NCBI GenBank assembly: GCA_030141605.1
Contig: JAQGDQ010000419.1
Coordinates: 124,001-188,000, forward strand
Length of the DNA: 64,000 bases
Origin: Tubiluchus corallicola
Lineage: Eukaryota; Animalia; Priapulida
Direction of reading: 5' to 3'
This document shows, one piece after another, positions 1-15,100 of the stretch. Position 1 is the first letter of the stretch, and each line of letters starts with the position of its first letter. Made by a program: the position numbers and the translations under genes. The notes beneath the pieces were generated by a model. The model saw nothing but the letters and a program-made list of their open reading frames with translations, was not told where the DNA came from and made no database searches.

Positions 1-51
1 TAAAATAATTTAGAATTGATGGGCGGAAAATCAAAAGGTGCAACTACGTAC

Positions 52-158
52 CAATCTGCAGTGCTTCAAGATTGCGACTAATATCATCAGCCTGATCTTT
101 CCGCTCATAAAACAGTATATAGGCGTTCCACCAGCGCTTCTGTCTTCTATATGACATT
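52..158 (-). CDS. USP9X: USP9X exon 38
   Basis: [19 protein letters not shown]; donor GTACGT. Confidence 0.93.
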
Positions 159-3100
159 CTGAAATTAGTAAAAATTAATAAATATTAGGTGCTGCCAACA
201 CAGTTGTAGTGTAAATTGTAGATTAGTACAAAATGTAATCCGGGTGAGCCAGGGATCACAATACACAACTCTGTAAGGGAATTTTCCCAAAGCATCCGCT
301 TTTCGTTAGTTCCCAACCATCCTCTTGGAGCGCTACAATAGTGCAATTGATTTTGCAAACTAGTACTGTGAATTGAATATTAAAGGTTGCCCTACGAACA
401 CTGTAACATTACTTTCAAAGCAAGTAACAATGTAAATGTTTCCGCCTTTCACACAGTTTTATCATTTTTCATTTTACTCATTACTAAAAGTTCTTATAAT
501 CTTAAAATACGACAGTCTTTATTATTATTATTATAATTATGAGTTTATTTCGTATAAAAATATACAGTTTACAAAGATAAAGATGTTAGTAAAACAGGTA
601 ATGCGATGTTAGTAAAGTAACATATCTACAGACATTCAACTTTATAATAACCACACATTGTAGTACCCTTGTAATTATATTACATTATACAGTGTTGTAA
701 GAAGCTATAATAGATATCTTAAAACATAATCTTTAAATGAGTTCTTAACCTTTAACTTTACATTTTTCGTTTAGATCTACAGTACAACCATATTTAAATC
801 TTAAATTTACTTGACTGTTATTTACATAATAGCATAGCTTTGGAATTTTCAATGTGCAAGACTGCAATTTTTCTCACAAAGTTTAATTTTCGACTATCTA
901 TTAAATAATATATATGATAGATCTAACATTGCCACTCACAGCACATCAGTAACTTTATTATTAAGAAACAGCTTACTTTTTAAGCATGTGATCGAACACT
1001 TCGCCCATATATTCTCCACCAAAGCACTGATTCTTCATCTCTTCGTCATCGTGCATGTTACATTCTGAAACCTCACCGTCATCAAACTTGTACCATTTAC
1101 CTGTTCCATCCGCACTCCTAGAATAAACACAAACACGACAACATTTAGAAACCAAACAAAATCTGCGATAAATTTAGTTCCAGCCATAATGGCCAAATAA
1201 AAGACTAGATTTATTATAAATTATCCGTGGATTTATTAGGCAAATTTTAAAAGCATATGTACACTGATCTTTGGTGATATATACAAACACATCATTCTTA
1301 TTTAATTTTTTGGTACAGGTAGCTAAATGTAACTTGATAGAATGTACTGATATTTAACAGGACAATACAGAACTGAGCAGAGAGCCACAGGTTTCGACTC
1401 AGTTTTCTTTCTTAAGTGTTTTTGTTTTATCAGTGCAACTTTCAATCTGTGTTTATTTACTTGTTTTCAACTTTTAAGTGCCAGTATAGAAATCACTGTG
1501 TAAGTCGACTTTGAAACACGATGTCACGTGTTTAATTTTTTAATACGTACCTGTGTAAAATGTAAGAATAGTAGTGACCACCACTTGCTTGACCGCTGTG
1601 TACCAGCACACCGACCAGTCTATACTTTGTGCATAAACTACTTCGTAGTGACTCGTCGATGTCATCATCATCATCACTAATCATTTCACCTGTAAACATA
1701 AAAGAGTTGAACTCGGTCGATAGCTTGAACAGATTAATCTATTCAAAATAATGGTTTTAAATGACATTTCGACAGTAACCTCCTATGGGATAATCAAATT
1801 TGCAGCAGAAATTAATACGAACCTTCCACTTTAGCTAGACCTTGTACCGTGTAAGGTTCCATGTCGACTTCCCGCGGAAACTCGAAATAATCGTTGAATT
1901 TGATTGCACATTCGCGTTCGTAGTCGTAGTCGAAGCGTTTCAGCTGAATGGCGAGTACTCGAGGTAGCTTCTTTAGACATAATCGTTTCACCGTGTCAAC
2001 CTACAGCGTACACAATGTGTTCAACTAAATACTTGGAGATACCTGGTATGTGTTAGTAAATCCAGAGCGTTTCAAACTAGTCTTAACAAGTGTAACTTAG
2101 CACGCCAACAAAACGTTAACATATTTGCAAATGTTTTTGATGGAGTCTCAGTTAATTCAGAGTCAATTTTCAACCCCGTTTTAATGCCAAAAGTACCAGA
2201 ACTGGAATTCATATCGTAGCCAACTAAAACGCATACTCCTAATCAGCAGATGTTCATCGTTTTTAATTAGGCGTTTTCATACGACACCGAGAACCGTTTA
2301 CATGCTTCATATTTTCTACAACAATCGGAGCCGTTTTGGCCGCACAAGAAACATCAGTCTGAATTCCTGTGATTTCGTTTCCTGTTTAGATCTTGACCGG
2401 TCTCACTTGACCGATTAACAAGTTTGCAATGGGCAGCAGATCATCATGCGCAACTGTTGTACAGGTAGTCACAGACTTATGACTGTTCAACTTCACTACC
2501 CGACCGCAATTCAGTTAATTAATTATACAAAGTTAATAATTATAACTCGCATTTCCTTCTATTGTTTAAACAAAGTAACTTTAAATCGCTGCCTGTTTTG
2601 ATAAATTCACCGTAGGCGCTGCCATATTTAGTGCTGGTATACACACATCTTGCATGTGAGGGCGCACTGCTGTAACATACGGGTCCAACTTGTGTTTAAT
2701 TTGTGTTACAACCAACCGCCGGAACGTATCACAGTCATAAGTCAACAACTATCAGTAATTCAAAACTGTTTGTGCACAAAGTTATTAATTATACAGCTAC
2801 TAGCATTGAAAAATGAACTTGCTGAAAATCATTTGAAAGTTGACATGCAAGGAAATAAACGAAATTTGCAAAACGCCAACAGACATTCTTGTCTTACTTT
2901 TTTATTGCATTTGTCGCAGTGGTAAGCGTTGGCACCTTCTAGCAAGTCTCCCTTTACGTACTGCTCCAGTGATTCGACTAGATTGCTGTGAAGTCTAATA
3001 TCTATGTTCAGTGATGTGAACGGTTCTTCTCTGGAGTACCTATGTGCAAACGTTTCTTAGAAACGGTTTTTATTAGAAGCCTGTTTAATGTACCATAAGC

Positions 3101-6100
3101 TCAGCAAGTAACAATATACAAAAATTTTACATCAAAGAAACATTTAGTTAAGAAATTTTTAGATAGAGTTCCAATAATCCTCAAAGTTGAGGTAACTTAC
3201 AGGTGAGGTAAAGTAAGAGGTGACTTAGCCTCTTTCAGACGCATGCACAAGATAAATAGCCAAAGATAATAAGGGAGAAGAAATGGCTTTGAAGCAAGTG
3301 TCAAATCGGTCACCCATCCATTTTCTAAACACTGCTTAACTTTCTCAACCATAACTAAGCAGCTATTCATCTTGCTTGCAAGAATCCTTATTAACTACGA
3401 AAAGGTTAGAGCAAAGCAAAGAGTCTGAAAAGCATAAAACACTTTGCACCTACAAAAAAAACTGATAAATGAAAAGAGATTTAAACTAAATAATTTAGTA
3501 GTGACTGTAAACAAATTATATGTATGACAGGCTGATGGTAACCAGTTCTGTAACCTAATAAGTACGTGTGCAATGCATAAGTGAAGGTTTTATTAGCACC
3601 ATACCTATGCGAACCTACACACAAAAATGCAATATACCTGTGTGGACATTCCTTACAGATTTTCTGGTCAGCAAATGAACCGCCGAGAATCGCGGTCAGT
3701 AGCGGCTTCTGTCCTAAACACTTTAGACCTTCGTCCAAACTGTCAACTAAGCTATTATAAAACTCTAGAGCATCATGCTGTTCCCTAAGATTAACTGGTT
3801 CACCCCACAACCTGTAATGCAAAAATGTTGTAACAATTAAGGGAAAACATGATAAAACTATTAACTCCTTCAGGATCACACCATTCATAATAGGTCTTAC
3901 AAGACCTCTGACTTTTCTGTTACTGTATGAACACAGACATAACTAAATGATTACAATTTAGGTACTGTTCTATTCAGGAGAATCTCGGCCACCAAATCAT
4001 GCTATTTGCTTAAACATTTATATGTGATTTAATTGGGTAAAATTAAAAAAAACAAGCTCTCTTCAGGCATTCCAACTGAGCTTATTGAATGACTTAATCT
4101 GGTGTACACTTGCATGATCGTACACACTAATTTATTGACTGCCTGCTTGCTACAACCCTAGCTGTGCAGTGTTCTGCGTTATTCCAGGAAAAACCAACCG
4201 ATCGGCCAAGGACAAATTAAGGTCATTCCATCTTTTAACAGATCATTTCTCCTTAAAACTAGAGTAGACTTGAGGCCAAATTGCATCAAGTGGTGCCGTA
4301 CTTTGTTACAGTGCAAACACTGCAGATATTAAAAGATTTTTTCAATTTTTCTGTCAAATATCGATTTTTAATTTGTCTAAGATAAGCAGATACATTTCAT
4401 ATATAAGTTTGCCTAGAAACCTACAACAATTATCAAATACAATGTAATCGTTACTTAGTGAGAGCAGTTTTTTATGAACCTATGCGATATACAACAAACA
4501 CTTACTGTCCTGAAGAAGTTAATCTTTCATGTAGCTAACAAAGCTGATGGCCATAGTACTTAACACACAAGAAAACACATTGGTTATTTAAGGTTAAAAA
4601 ATACACCTTGAAATTTTGTCTCATCCACATGCTGCCTTATTATGTACAGAGCTTGTATAAGCAACAACATTTTGTAAAATTAAAAAATTTAAACTCCCAG
4701 AATGACAGTTAGGCGCAGCCATTTTGACAGTTAATTATCTGCAACAAGTTTAGATAACATCGCATAAAGTTTGCACTCATAGCACACAATTCACTAACCA
4801 AGCAGAAGTATAAAATCACTTTGTCTTGTCAATAAGATTAAAGATAGGTTTTTGGTGAAACAGTGGTGCACACTGGGAAGGTGAGTCAGTGATGCTTTAC
4901 CACAGGGGTGTGCAAACTGCGGCCCGAGAGATCTTGTGCGGCCCGCAAAGAGGTTTGTCAACATAATGAAAGTGCGGCCCACGCGATCCAGCAGAAGTCG
5001 GTGCCAATATCGCGAAGATAGAGCCGGTAGTTTTTTCCTCTAGATCGGATGGCATTAACCCTTACAAGACCGTTGTCACTTAATGTCACTGTCGGACATG
5101 ACGAAATATATGGTTTTTAATATAAATTTTAATAACTTCTAAAATAGTTTCTTGAGTGTAGTAGTGCAGTAGTAATGATATGCACAAATCGGATGCAAAA
5201 AAATCGTTACTAGGTCCTACTGTACTTGGCTCCTTGACCAAACTGCATGTGGCCCACAGGAATTGAGGGACTGTTTAACGTGGCCCGGCTAGTCAGATAA
5301 TTTGCACACCCCTGCTTTACCAGTTGGCGCAAACACTTTAAAATTACAGAGAATTTTCTTTTCTATTTATATAAGTTTTGCCACCAGATAAGTGTAATGT
5401 TAAGTGATATAACTAAATCTAGGGAAATTAGGGACACTTTTTAAAATTGCCTTCTCTTCCTCTTTAGAAAATAACAATCCAATTTCAGTTTTTTTATCAT
5501 TTTGTAATATTATTTCACTTATTTATTTTATTTGATTTATTTAATTATTTATTCATTTATTTATTTCATTTTATTTCACTTATTTATGTACCATTAATAA
5601 ACCACATGATTCAGTTAGCCATCCCTTTTTGAGAAGTTGGTTTGCCATTTTAAAAGATCGAGTAAAATGAACGAATTCTAAGCAAGCGTCAGACAAAATT
5701 AAAGCTGACTTACTTAAAGTGCTTCCAAAATCCTCTAGGTACGTAGTATTGAAGTTTGCTGCCTTGTAAATGTCCAAAGATTGATTGCACCTGTTTGAGA
5801 ATACCTAGATTATAATCTTTTCTCTCCTGTTCTTTACTAATCGAGACTCTGTCCTCTGAATCGGCGCTGTCGAGATCCGTTGTAATCTAAAACAGTTAAA
5901 ATTGCCACGTGTAGCAGCTAGCAAATATTTAGACACAATAAAAAGAACGTATAGAACACATGTATTTATCATTCTGACACCATCAGAAGCTTAGGAAACA
6001 AAAGAAAGAAAACAACACACATATATGCACTCGCATCTCGGTTTGCAACACAAAAGCAGGGAGACGTCGGTCCAAATTTGCCTATTGTCCGTGTTTACCG

Positions 6101-9100
6101 ATACTAAGCTAATGCGTTAGGCACAGTGCATTAGACTCAAGGTAATGTAGAATCAATCTCATGATTGTCTCAAAAACATCTAGTACTGGCCTCTCCTGGG
6201 CAAAAGTATATAAAAACTGTCTGCAATTGACTCAAATAACTCCACATAACTGACTCTATGTTTTTTCTGCTAAATAAGATACTTTTGCGTGACCAATGAG
6301 CTTTTGCTATTTTTGTGTCGTCTTACTTCGCGACGACGGCCTGCCAACTAGTGGTCAGTTTGCGAAACAACAGACTGTGTCCGTAGTATGCAGGACTTAT
6401 TAGCGGCCCAGAATTTGCCCGATTCTTCTGATATCAGTAAAAGCGAGGTCCGGCAAACTTTGTGATGTCGTCTTACTTTGTGATGGTCTGCCAACTAGTG
6501 GCCAGTTTGTGAAACAACAGACTGTGTCCGTAGTACGCAGGACTTTTTAGCGGCCCAGAATTTGCCCGATTCTTCTGATATCAGTAAAAGCGAGGTCCGG
6601 CAAACCGACATATATGAGTATTGTATTTTCAAAGATATTTTCAAAGATTTTCAAAGAAATGAAAATCATGTTGAAAAATAAATTTCCCAAAGAAAAATTT
6701 AAAAAATCAACAGTGTTTAAATGTGATGAAAGCAAAGTGGTTTACAGAAGCACTAATAGCTAGCATTTTTACTTCTAAAACTTGAAATTTAGAATAAATG
6801 TAATTTGTTATATTTTGACTTGTTATTTTCACAAATGTGCTGCAAACAAAAAGCCAATTTCAGGGAGTTGATAATTAATGCAGGAAAAAGAGCTAATTTT
6901 CAAAATATCTGGATGCTTCTAGAAATACAGAAAAAATGTAGCAATGGTCAGAAAACAACAGTTGAGAGGTTGTACTTAGCAAATCTGTAATAACAGGTCT
7001 TTACTTATTACAAAAGTTATAAAAACATTTTCCATTTACAATTTCATCCTGCTTGTCTTCGCCGGAGAAATCTTCATCTTCTTCAGTGCAAGCGCCATCT
7101 ACAGTCAGTAATCCAAAGCGTATCGGTAAGATCATGAACAACTGCTGCAGAACGGAATTCATATAACAGGTGGCGCCTGCGTTCTTCAAACCGACAAAGC
7201 CCTTTGGAGGTCTCGGACCGACAGGAGGTAGGTACTCCCACTCAACCAGCGCTGGATCGTCACCTGCGAATGTCAATAATGAAAGCACTCAACATAGTGC
7301 TTGGCAAAATGCAACGTTTAATGTGAATTCCAACCAGTAAGTTATACAAAATGATGATGTAGCTTGGTAACAACTGTACTGCATATTAACATGTGGTAGT
7401 TCACCAATAAACGACATTAATCCATGATAAAGCTGTTGCCAACTTATTGTGCATCTGATTGGTCGGATGAAACATTGTTATTTAAAATTATGACACCAGC
7501 TCACGCATACCGAGTCTCAAAATTTTATACAGCATTTGAATATCCATCAAATTTTTTAACGATTCTATTGAAAAAAATAAGAGTTAGTACATTGATCTGT
7601 TCAAAACCAATTTATTAATCTTGGTGGCAGTTTGGATGCATTGATTTGTGCGTGACTGTCACTTCACAAAATTACGAAAAATCTTAACAATGGATGTGAG
7701 CTGTAATTTTGGGAACGGTTTGTCGTTTAAAATGTAATGACTATCATCAGTAAAAAGCAGAGGAAGAGATAATTATATACAGTAAGTCTTCACTAAACGA
7801 CGCACGTTTCATTTTAACGACAATTGTTTACTTTGTTCACAGCAACTTTTAATTTTATCAAAACAACTTTTTTTACGTAATTTGAAGTAATAAAGCAGTA
7901 CAAATTGTGTCATTTTATTCTAAAAACGCATCAGTAACCTAAACAGTGCAACTATTATGATGCTTTTGCTTCCCGACTGACTATGTACTAAATTCTAGCC
8001 GTTTATATCAAGCGAGGTCTATTTGTCGATATATACGCCTCCAGGCACCTGAGTTTAAACTTTATGCCAATGAATTTTGTCTGCAACCTGTTGTTATAAC
8101 AATCAGATTACTACTACCTGAAATTGTTTCAAGATAGCTTCATGCAGCTTCATGCTTAAACACTAAGCAGTGTTTAACTGTGAACTTTCTATATACAAGC
8201 TTCAAGAGACTGCTAGCAAGTCTAGCTAGATATTGGTAGGAAAGATAGGTGGTTTCAAGCAAACAGAAAAAAATTAATCAGTAGAAACGTGAGTAAAACT
8301 CATACAAAGTTTAATTTACATAATTTACATAATTTAAGCAGTATTGATTTTTGCTTCTGGAACGCATCTCAGTTCATTACATTGCTTTCTATGGAAGCCT
8401 TGGGTTCGTTTAACGACGTTTCGCCTAACATCGCATTTTGCCTGAACTCATTAGCGTCGTTAAATGAGGACTTAATTCTACTAATTAAGGCTATTACGAA
8501 ACCATAGAATTTTACAATAAAATTTTACAATTACAATAAAATATTTACAATACAATTACAATATTGCAGAAAAGTAACAAAACCTTGAGTGAAAAATAAT
8601 CAACACACAGATGAAAATCAGCAGAAGTAAAAAATGGATAAAATCTTCTTCAAGTTCAGTAATTCAGGAAGAAATTTGCATCAATACGTTGAACTCGTAC
8701 CTGAATAGTACATTTCAGTGAGCATCTGAGCCAACAGTTTTAAATTCTGTACACATCCAGTACACAGAGCCACCAGCAGGTCATACGCTGCTATCATGCT
8801 GAGTGGATTTGAACAAACGGGAACGGTATTCTCTTGAAGAATGCTGCCGGCATTCAGACGAGCTTGAAGTACTAACTTAGAAGCGGGAAACACGAAATCT
8901 TCAACAATTTCCTAAAAACAAAAAAGTTACATCACTGAGTGCGTGAGATCAAAATGAGTTGGGAAAGGTTTCAAGCACTGCAGGGATGAGAATGACAAAT
9001 TGCAAAAAACTCTGAAACAGGCCGGGGGATTTGGGGCCACCTAGGCCACTAATGGGGTTGAAATTGCAATTTTGTGACCATAGAGAGCCTCTAAGTGGAC

Positions 9101-12100
9101 TTAAAATATCAATTACCTTGTTTCATGCATAATTTAAAATACCCAACTATCAAGGATACACGATACCTAATTTTCTCAAAAGCGCCTAAGTACTGGCCAC
9201 TCCTATGGAAAAGTATATAAAAACTGTCTGCAATTGACTCAAATAACTCCGCACAATTGATTCTATATTTTTATACATAGAGATATACACGTGGTTACAC
9301 TGATGTACGTGATGTAAACAAAGTGACGGCCTGCCAACTAGCGGTCAGCTTGTGAAATAATGTACTGGGTCCGTAAAAATTTTCTCAACGAATTTACGCG
9401 ATTTACAAAAATGGCACTACTGGTCTTCCAAAAACTCGGAATTCTGCATATCCGCAGAAAATTCTCATCCCTGCCACTAGTAGTGCCTGTCATCCGTAAA
9501 GGAGTTTTCAGAATTTTATAAAACTTAATTTAAAAAAAAATTCTAATTAAAAAGCATTCTAAATTATTTTACTTTAATGTGATTGATAACACACAAACAG
9601 TACATAGAGCCAAGTACTAGCATAAAGTAAAAGTTATAATGTTAGTTAACTAACGATGTGGTTATATTTGACGGTCTTATACAATATTATTAATTAATAA
9701 AATCACAGTGCAGTCCAACGGGGAAAAAATGTTGTTCCGCTGGATTATTTAATCAAAATCAAAAAATTTTCTCAAAAACGTGTGTGCATAAAAACATCTG
9801 TAACTTTTATGCGAATTCTAAATATGAAAAAAAATCAATGGAAGTTTTTTCTACAAGAAAGTCACAAAGGGAGAGAGTAACAAGTAACAAGTTAAAAAGC
9901 TGAATTTGCAACATATTACTGTTAAAATATTCAATTTAAGTAACTCGCCAAGTAACTTGGAATTATTACTGAAACTAGGGAACAAAACTTGTTGCGAGTT
10001 ACTCTCCAACTGTAAGTGAGAGTTGACACTCACTTCTTTGTTCACTGAAAAAGGTGTGGAGAGTAACTCGCCGATGCGTTCACACTAGGCTGTTAATCAA
10101 CTCGCAGCAACATATTAACATATTACCTGGGCATGTTATCAGATCTTAGGTTAAATGTGGGCTAAAAGCTACACTCTTAGTATTTGAAAATTCATTTCTA
10201 TGTTTCTTTATTCCAGTTGCTATCGTAAAGCAAAAAACAAGTCAGTCAGTACGTTTGGTTTATTTTACCGTTATCACTAAAACTCAGAGAAATGGAAGAA
10301 ACAAGTTTGCAATAAATAATGTAAAAAGCATGAAGTTAATTTATATTACTTAAGTATAGAAATTTTCAGAAGCTGTAGTAGTCACCATTCACTTGAGATT
10401 GTGAGGAAAATTAGCTTTTTTTTGAACTCAATATTTTTGGTGGAAATTGACCGTGTGCTGCTTTTCTTCAGTCAATGAAGGATGTTTCATTCGTGGAAGA
10501 ATGAGCATTCAAAATGAGAGTGTTCACTCGTGAAATAATCGCGATTTTAAAAGTGATTTTACTAATTACGAGGCACTTGCCACACTTTTTATTACTAAAT
10601 CATTCTAAGATTTTAAAGTAAGTCCGACTTCCCCTAATGTTTGGCCTGTATTTTAATCAAACAGTGGCAATCATTTGCAATGTATTCTTGGAAATTATTT
10701 AAATCATAAAGTTAATTACTTATTTAGTCATCTATATCATTTTCTTAATAGCAAAATTAAAGTGAACTGCTGTGTAAACTAAGCACTTACTCGAATTAAC
10801 CCTGGTCCTAAAGGATCAGATCCTATGAAGTACTTCTGCTCTCCACTCTGGAAAGCCAACAGCTCTCGAGTGATGCCCAGATGTCCTTCTAGAAGCGACT
10901 CCTCAATTAAAATCTCTCCTTGTTTTTGCACCTCATTCTGAAATTGTGCAAAATATTAGCAGGTAGATTTTGGATAAGTCATTTTTGCAACAATCATTTA
11001 AATATAAGAACTTAATACAATAGAAAATAAATAATAATTGTTTCTTAGTAGTTTTTAGCACTTGCAAAACTGGATTAAAAAGCAACGAATGCTTTGCAGA
11101 GAAGGGGGAGCATAGTTTTGAAGCCTAGGGAGCACCGAATGCACATCTTCATCAGTTGAAGTGAAGCTAATTTTTTTATGCTCGGTGCCACCGGCCATGG
11201 CCGCAGAGCCGAATTATAAATAAAATATCAAGTTAAACTGGAATACTGGACTGAAACCTAGCCAAATTTGTTTAGCGAAACTGATCCGAGTTTCCTGTAA
11301 TTCCAAACAAACAGAATTCCAAACTCTATTTTTTATCGTTTTACGTTAGTGGTGATTTGTGAGCAGTGTCAAATTGTTCTGATTACTGAAGCTGCATTTG
11401 TGCTTAATGTAGAAAAGTATTAAATATTAAGAGCAGCACTAATTCTTTCAAAACCCGTTGAAACTATTTTGTATAGTAAAAAACACTATTTTAGGCAAAA
11501 CTTCAATATAGTAGTATAATTGTTTACTAGCTAAAGTTCTCATTGATTTATTTCATCATGCATAAGCGAATACAACAGCACCGCCACACTATTGTGCATT
11601 GACACAACTAGTGTACCGACGGTGCATCGCATTCTTTTGAGTTACCATACGGCAAGCAAATAGCCGGCTGTTGCGCCGTCTTTACAATCAGCTTTTTATG
11701 GAGGCATTACAGGTAAATATTCAGTTTGTTTAATATAATTTTCACTGAATGTGTCAATTACTAAAAAGTGACATACGTATACCGAAGATTTACCAAACCT
11801 CTAGTGATTACAATTGAAGTTTAATGAACCGGATTTTTAAACTGATATTCCAGGAAAAAATTTGGTGATCCAAATACTTGGTGCATCCCTATTTGAACCC
11901 TTTCCGCTTTGACACAGTAATAATAAATAGCAACCAGAACAAATAATATGTATTGCAAATTTGGTGTTTTCTGGTAAAATTTAACATTAATGAAAGTACT
12001 GGTAACTAAGAACAGAACTACAGCAATCGAATATTGCTCACCTTAACCTTGCGTAACCAAACGAGTTCGTTGTTGAGTAATGCAGGTACATTTGGCAATG

Positions 12101-15100
12101 GATTGTTACTAGAACAGGCAAAGTTTAATAAACGGCACAGTAGCTGGAAGTATTCGTGAGAATTCTTAGCGTTGTCCTTTACAGTCGACTGAAAATAAAC
12201 AATAAAAACTTTAACATGAAATCTTTTTAGTTGTGTTCGTTGCGTCTCAGTCAAAGATTCATTGATCATATTTTTTCCTCATTGTTTTCATTACCTGAGC
12301 TTCTGTGCTTTTCTATGTGATTGTAAGCTGTTTTTATTATAGGCATTTAAAACATTTATAGTTAAAACACAACAACTTTATTAAAACTTTTAATTTACAT
12401 AGTTGAAAATCATGTCAAACATTTCGACAAAAAATTTTTACAAACATACAACTAGTTTATATAGTCAGAGCCTACAGTACAGAACATTATGCACTAATGA
12501 TGTATTTAACAGAAACCAAACAGGTAATGAATAAACAGACCTGTAGAAAAGAAATTGATACAGATGGCCAAGTGCTTGAAAATAAAGTTAATGGAATTGA
12601 ACTACTTTTCACATTAAGGGAAGGCTTACTAGGGTACACAGATGAACCCTTTTTATTAATAAGCCCCAGTTACTTGTAGCTCTGGTCACAATGCTGAAAT
12701 TATTAAAGTCAGCTTTGCGGCCAGAGGCATAAATATGGTTGATAATGCTGCATTGAGGAGAATTTCTCAATTTTAAAGGAAAACTGGATTGTGCAAATAG
12801 AGTTCAGAATAAAGAAGGCTTTAAAATATTGAAAACTACAATATCTTTTTTTAAATCAAAGCTTAGATTAAATAATAATTACCTCGGATACTAAAATTTT
12901 GTTAAACCTTCAAAGCTACGCGCGGCTTAGTGAATCTACTAAGATTGACATAAGCAATAGCTGTGTCCGGTTGTTTAAACAATTGTAAACTTTTATAGGC
13001 AAGAAAGTGTATATTTTGGAAAGTAAATTTAAATGAGATTGAGTCTAAACAATCGACCAGTTTTCCTTTAAATATCCAGATGTTCACACGTGTTACTTTA
13101 ACGATTCTTTCTGATATTTATTATAACATCCATGATTCCTTCAATAATCTTCATTTTATTAGTGAAGTTTTGAAATTCTTAACAGTTTCTGTTACTCTGT
13201 CAATCGTAACCAAATCACAACAATAAAACCATTACATTATTTGATTCGGTTCCATCAGACACTGACAAACCACTTCTACTCAGAACAAACACAAGAGTCA
13301 AATTGAAGTCACTTACGTTCAGAACAGGGAAGAGCAGAGAGATGAAGATCCATAATGACTGATGTCCGGTGCAACACTTTGTCACCATCAGCAAGAATTG
13401 TTCAGCTGCCGTAACACGCACTGATCTGAGTAAAGCAACAACAACATCAATACTAATACAGCTTTTTAGTTTCGTTATGCACACACACAGTTGTTGTAGG
13501 TCAAAGGTTAAGTGTACCACAGCAACGCACCTTAACTACACCGCCACGTGACATGTGTAAAGCAAAGCCATCTGCTGCATCAGTTCAGTAACTTTGGTTG
13601 TTTTACATGAATTTTACTTAATAATAATGCACCAGTCTGTACATAGAGTTATTTACTAGCAGGATCTTGCTTGGAAACAAGAAAAAAATAAAGTAGGTAG
13701 GTTCTAGCTAGTTGTTAAAACATGTTAAAACTGTTACTATCACAACAGCATGGGCTTCGAGGCATTGTCAAGTGTACACAAATGCATTGTCTGGTACACT
13801 TAACCTTTTCACGATCATCATCAATCACCGGAAGAGTGAAAGGACTTATTAAAACAATTCTAAAGAAAACTGTAATTACATATAGATGTGCGAAGTTAAA
13901 CAAAGATACTTAGAAATGCAGTAAAGTAGCAAACTTGTTAATTGTTCATTCTATTCACCACTCTTTTCTATTCTGAATTCAACTAAATTTTTTCTATGTT
14001 TAAATTTGACATAAAGGAATTCATTACCTGTTCTTACAAAGCAGTAACAGATCTATCACGAAATTAACAAAATATCTGTCCTTCACCAAAGCTTCCAGAG
14101 CCTGCGGAAAGAGAGCCAAACACAACGTCAGCACCTCCAGAGCCTCCTTAGCCACATGAATGTCTTCAGCTTCCGGCTGCTTGCTTTGCTGGAACAGCGA
14201 AGTAAAAGTTATCCTTTTACAATGAGGTATTTTCTAAAAAAAATGAAAATAATGGTTACTCATATTAACCCACCTTTGTAGCAGCTACCCAATCATTTTG
14301 ACATCTTAATGCTTTAATTTTGCTAACTCTTGTGTAAAGAACCCAAACTCAGTTACATCATACATTCAATCTCTAAACAACTTGTGACGCTTTAACTACA
14401 AAACTTATAACGATTCGGCACATTACATACACATAGAGGAAAAACAAAAACAAAAGCATCTATGAACAAGGATGAACAAGGATAGTGTAGTATCATGCTG
14501 TAGAAAAACTCAGTGACTACAGGCATGTTTCTCATGCATTCAATCTAGACTTCAATAGCATTAACATACATTTGGACAACCCCTTTAAACTGATTCATCG
14601 TAACTGCTTCCATTGTCCTTTGAGGTAAACTGTTACACAGATCAATTATCAATATTAAAATTGTATATCTGTAACGATTGGAGTAATCTTTCGAAATACA
14701 CAGCTGAATAGTCGTAAATATAACATTATATTTCGACTAACTGAATAGTCGAAAAGATGAGAAAGTAAATTAACTACTAAATGTTTTAATAGGATGGTCC
14801 CTATGCCAAATTACCTTCTCATAGGCCTTATGAAGTTCTTCACTCGATGACTGAAGCAAGTGTAGCGAACCGCTGGACACCGCCCACGATATCTTCTGTA
14901 TGGCTTTGACTATGGACAAGTCTGGTAGATGACCAGTGGCCTGCAAGAAATAACACTTTAAGAGAATGACTTCTTAAGAAACGTGTGCAACATTTATTTT
15001 GATTTTCAGTTGCACTTTTTCAAGTCTATAGTTGGCTGACACAATGGTCAGCTGTGAACATAAATGGCATTAGTGAAATAAAGTGACCACATAAGGTATC

